Shown here: positions 61,258-64,000 of the stretch, piece by piece | How the letters are laid out: each line of letters opens with the position of its first letter | Numbering within the stretch: the stretch's first letter is position 1 | Origin: a virus | Taxonomy: Duplodnaviria > Caudoviricetes | IMG/VR virus record: IMGVR_UViG_3300032331_000486 | Coordinates: 1,022-65,021 of that record | Length of the DNA: 64,000 nt | Direction: 5' to 3' (one strand) | The notes under the pieces: generated by a model | Database searches by the model: none | Told to the model about the DNA's origin: nothing | What the model saw: the letters and a program-made list of their open reading frames with translations, nothing else | Position numbers and translations under genes: made by a program

Positions 61258-62248
61258 TTATTTCTTCGCGGTTTTAGCAGAGTTAATGAATGCTTGCGCT
61301 GTAGGAGCACCCTTGCTGCCAACTTTACGCATCTTTTCACCAGAACCTTTTGCGATACGTTTTTTCTTGGCGTTGATGTTGGCATACAAACCAACCGGCC
61401 CGCCTTCAGCGTATTGCGTGAAGTCAGTGTTATCCCTACGGGCTTTTTTAACTCCCGTAGGCATCTTGCTGGCGTTAATAGCGCCCATGCCACGGCTAGG
61501 TCGCATTTAGCACATCTTTCCACGGGTTTTGCCCCGTTGAGCAATACCATCGGCGCGTTTAGATGCAGAACCAACTTTGCCGCCTTTGCTAAATGTAGAC
61601 ATTCCCTCTAAGTCAGTATTCTCTAGACTGTTTAATCGGCCCGAGCGATCCATTGACTTAGCAGACTCTTCTTTAGTCATGGGTTGACCAGCAATTTCTG
61701 GATCAACGGAAGACATTGGAGAAGATTTGGGCATGGCTTTTGTTTCATTTGCCATGCGAGTATTGTATTTTTTACCATTAAAAGTAAATTCTTTATCGCC
61801 AGACTCGCGAGCTGCACGAAATGCTTTGCCAAAATTACTTATTGCCATGATGGGCTCCTTAACAATATCCGCCAGATTTCATTTTGACTTGTTTAGCTTT
61901 AGTCTTGCCTTTTTTAGCAATACCGTCAGCTGAACGAACAAAGCCACCGCCAGCCATTTTTTTGACTTTCCCGCCTTTGTTCATCATGCCCATGCCGCCA
62001 CCCATAGATGTATCAGCCATAGGAGTAGGCCTTTTCATGCCATCCTTAGCAGTACTCATGCCGGGTTTCATAACGGGTTTACCCATCTTAGTTGTAGCCA
62101 TCTCACCACCTCTTTTAAAAGTTTTGCCTTTATCGGCCTTACTGAACTCTTTCCCCACGGATTGGGGAACCCCTGCTTTCTTGGCAAACTCTGGATTGTG
62201 TGCCACAGCTTCCATGAAATTATGTTGCTTCTTGCTCTTACTTGGCAT
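61258..62248 (-). CDS. Three small Lys/Gly/Met-rich basic proteins (61258-61506, 61507-61848, 61859-62248)
   Basis: Abutting ORFs with xxGG motifs and ADGIA.(R/K)GKT tails. Confidence 0.7.
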
Positions 62249-62520
62249 TATCTTCCCGCTTGAATAAGCTGGTCAATCTTTGCTTCAAGGCGATTGAAGC
62301 GCTGGTCAATATGGTCAGTAATGCGCTGAATTTCTGTTTGAGTAACGTAATCACGGGCTACCTCCTCACGGGTTATGTTTAAAAGGCGCTCGACACGTTT
62401 AATGTCTTCGCCCATGTCTCTAATTTGGCCAAGTTTTTCCCGCATGAGGAAGCCAAATACTCCCATCACAATGGACAAAACTGCTGACCAAATAAGGTGT
62501 GCATCCATTAGCATTTCCAA
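62248..62520 (-). CDS. Small membrane protein with coiled coil
   Basis: N-terminal TM helix then TREEVARDYVT...RLEAKID. Confidence 0.7.
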   Translation of the reverse strand: MEMLMDAHLIWSAVLSIVMGVFGFLMREKLGQIRDMGEDIKRVERLLNITREEVARDYVTQTEIQRITDHIDQRFNRLEAKIDQLIQAGR

Positions 62521-62753
62521 GCCCGCAGGCTTTTGTTAATCCTAGAGTTCGGGTCTTTCGCTGTTTTTGCGGATGTCAACTTCTTTTTCATTCCTTCCAT
62601 TCTGGCGCAGAAAGAGTCTTTCCTTGAGCCGCCTTCTGGTTGCGGCGGTTTCAAGTTCATCCCTTGCTTTTTCGCGGAGGCTCGGCCCTTGGCATTCAAG
62701 CCACCGTTGGGGTTCTTGCCTTCTTTGCGTTGCCATGCTGGTGATTTAGCCAT
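62508..62753 (-). CDS. Basic phage protein (DUF6321-like)
   Basis: GGLNAKGRAS...RKDSFCARM...SLRAWKC. Confidence 0.65.
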   Translation of the reverse strand: MAKSPAWQRKEGKNPNGGLNAKGRASAKKQGMNLKPPQPEGGSRKDSFCARMEGMKKKLTSAKTAKDPNSRINKSLRAWKC

Positions 62754-63489
62754 TTACGACTTTCAAGCGTAAATCTCGAATGTTTCCAAGCAACGGGATA
62801 ACAACATTCTCACGGAAGTTGTTAGTGAACATTTCGCTACCGATATGAGGTAGGCTGATATCTACATCAATATGGACTGTGAAACCCATGTCTGTCGCTC
62901 TATCGCAGAACAAGTAGTCTTCGCCAACATACTGGTCATCCCTGATGTCAAAGTCAAACAACGAATACATTCTTTCGTCTGTAGCCTTGTTTTTATATGA
63001 CCACTCAGGATGCGCCTTGCCCATTTCCTCGATGACATGGCGCTGAATAAGCATGAACCCTGTACCAATACGTTTGACGCGCATCATTGAGCCATCAAAC
63101 TCTAAATCACCATTTTCATCAAAGTACAGGTCTGTAAAAAACCTTTTATCAGTAGCCCTGCGCGGGTATGTGCCAGCAGTGATATCTTTGCCGCTGCTTT
63201 GAGCCATCAAGCGCAGAATATCCCCCGGGGTCACCACAACGTCAGAGTCAATAAAAAGCAATTCTGTGCAATCTGTTTTTAAAAACTCTGCTACTAGCGA
63301 GTTGCGCGCCATTGTAATGATGGAGCAGTTTGATATATCCGATAGAGTTACAGAAATACCAAGACGCATAGCTTCCGGCATTAACTGCGCGATAGCATAT
63401 GCCGTCTTGACGTTCAAACGTCCGTCATGACAAGGGATGCCGATAAACAGCTTACGTCCTGTCAAAACTGCTTGTTTAGACTCAGCCAT
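62746..63489 (-). CDS. GT-A fold glycosyltransferase-like protein
   Basis: LFIGIP, ARN.LV..FL, LLFIDSD (DxD), GTGFMLI, GEDYLFC, HIG. Confidence 0.75.
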   Translation of the reverse strand: MAESKQAVLTGRKLFIGIPCHDGRLNVKTAYAIAQLMPEAMRLGISVTLSDISNCSIITMARNSLVAEFLKTDCTELLFIDSDVVVTPGDILRLMAQSSGKDITAGTYPRRATDKRFFTDLYFDENGDLEFDGSMMRVKRIGTGFMLIQRHVIEEMGKAHPEWSYKNKATDERMYSLFDFDIRDDQYVGEDYLFCDRATDMGFTVHIDVDISLPHIGSEMFTNNFRENVVIPLLGNIRDLRLKVVNG

Positions 63490-63988
63490 AGTAAATATTG
63501 CAAGCTACTACGTTAGACATATACGCATAGATTCCGTTTACAGCTAGTACGCCGTCTTCTGGAATAAACGGAGCATTGTTAAAACTATCACTAGCCGCCA
63601 CATCATAAGTCATCAACCAACGGCTTGAATACACCATTGTTGGGGAAGCAGTAATAGTTCCAGAGTTAATGTCTGTAACTGTAAACGTGCTTGAGTTAGT
63701 GACTGTTACTACGTAATTTCCGTTAGTGGCTGTACCACCCGTTCCTGCGGCAAAGTCAATACCAATAACATCGCCAGTTGCAAGTCCATGCGCCGATTGA
63801 GTAACTGTTACGGTTGCTCCAGAACGACCATAGGTGGCGGTAGTTACGGGTGCTGTAGTAGTATCAAATAACGCAACAAACCCAGCAGTAGCCGAACCAG
63901 TAAAAGAAATACCTCTTACACGATTACGCCCAAGAACCATAAAACCACTACCATTTAGGTGTGCTTGTTTTACATTAGTCTGATTCAT
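63482..63988 (-). CDS. Virion-associated beta-rich protein
   Basis: 168 aa with an AHGLATGD...NGNYVVT...TFTV beta module; RBS AGGAG at the window end. Confidence 0.65.
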   Translation of the reverse strand: MNQTNVKQAHLNGSGFMVLGRNRVRGISFTGSATAGFVALFDTTTAPVTTATYGRSGATVTVTQSAHGLATGDVIGIDFAAGTGGTATNGNYVVTVTNSSTFTVTDINSGTITASPTMVYSSRWLMTYDVAASDSFNNAPFIPEDGVLAVNGIYAYMSNVVACNIYYG

Positions 63989-64000
63989 AATTAATCTCCT

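Noticed and set aside
61251-61574. 107-aa alternative-frame ORF
   Set aside because: Overlaps two better supported, abutting genes with recognisable motifs

Overview
The window is almost the whole genome of a tailed dsDNA phage (Caudoviricetes, probably short-tailed, with the gene style of freshwater betaproteobacterial phages). The capsid gene runs off the left edge, so a circular genome slightly over 64 kb is likely (inference). Layout: head and packaging genes on the minus strand (1-8.9 kb); small early genes on the plus strand (9-15 kb); replication and recombination genes (15-25.7 kb: primase, SF2 helicase, ParB-like, RuvC-like, exonuclease, ERF); and a long minus-strand late operon (25.7-64 kb) with a 4572-aa DarB-like polyvalent protein, ejection proteins, tail, lysis and small basic proteins. 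No integrase, DNA polymerase, tRNA or CRISPR array was recognised. The most notable signal is a translationally coupled cassette inside the virion operon: acyl carrier protein, ketosynthase with an intact Cys-His-His triad, a possible acyltransferase, then an ejection protein starting Met-Gly. It suggests phage-encoded fatty acylation of a virion protein. Other highlights are a type I hammerhead ribozyme, a dispersed 14-bp palindrome (TGGAAC-WW-GTTCCA), a kissing-loop leader RNA ahead of the replication operon, and a shared double-glycine motif in late proteins. Family assignments come from motif recognition by eye, not from database searches.
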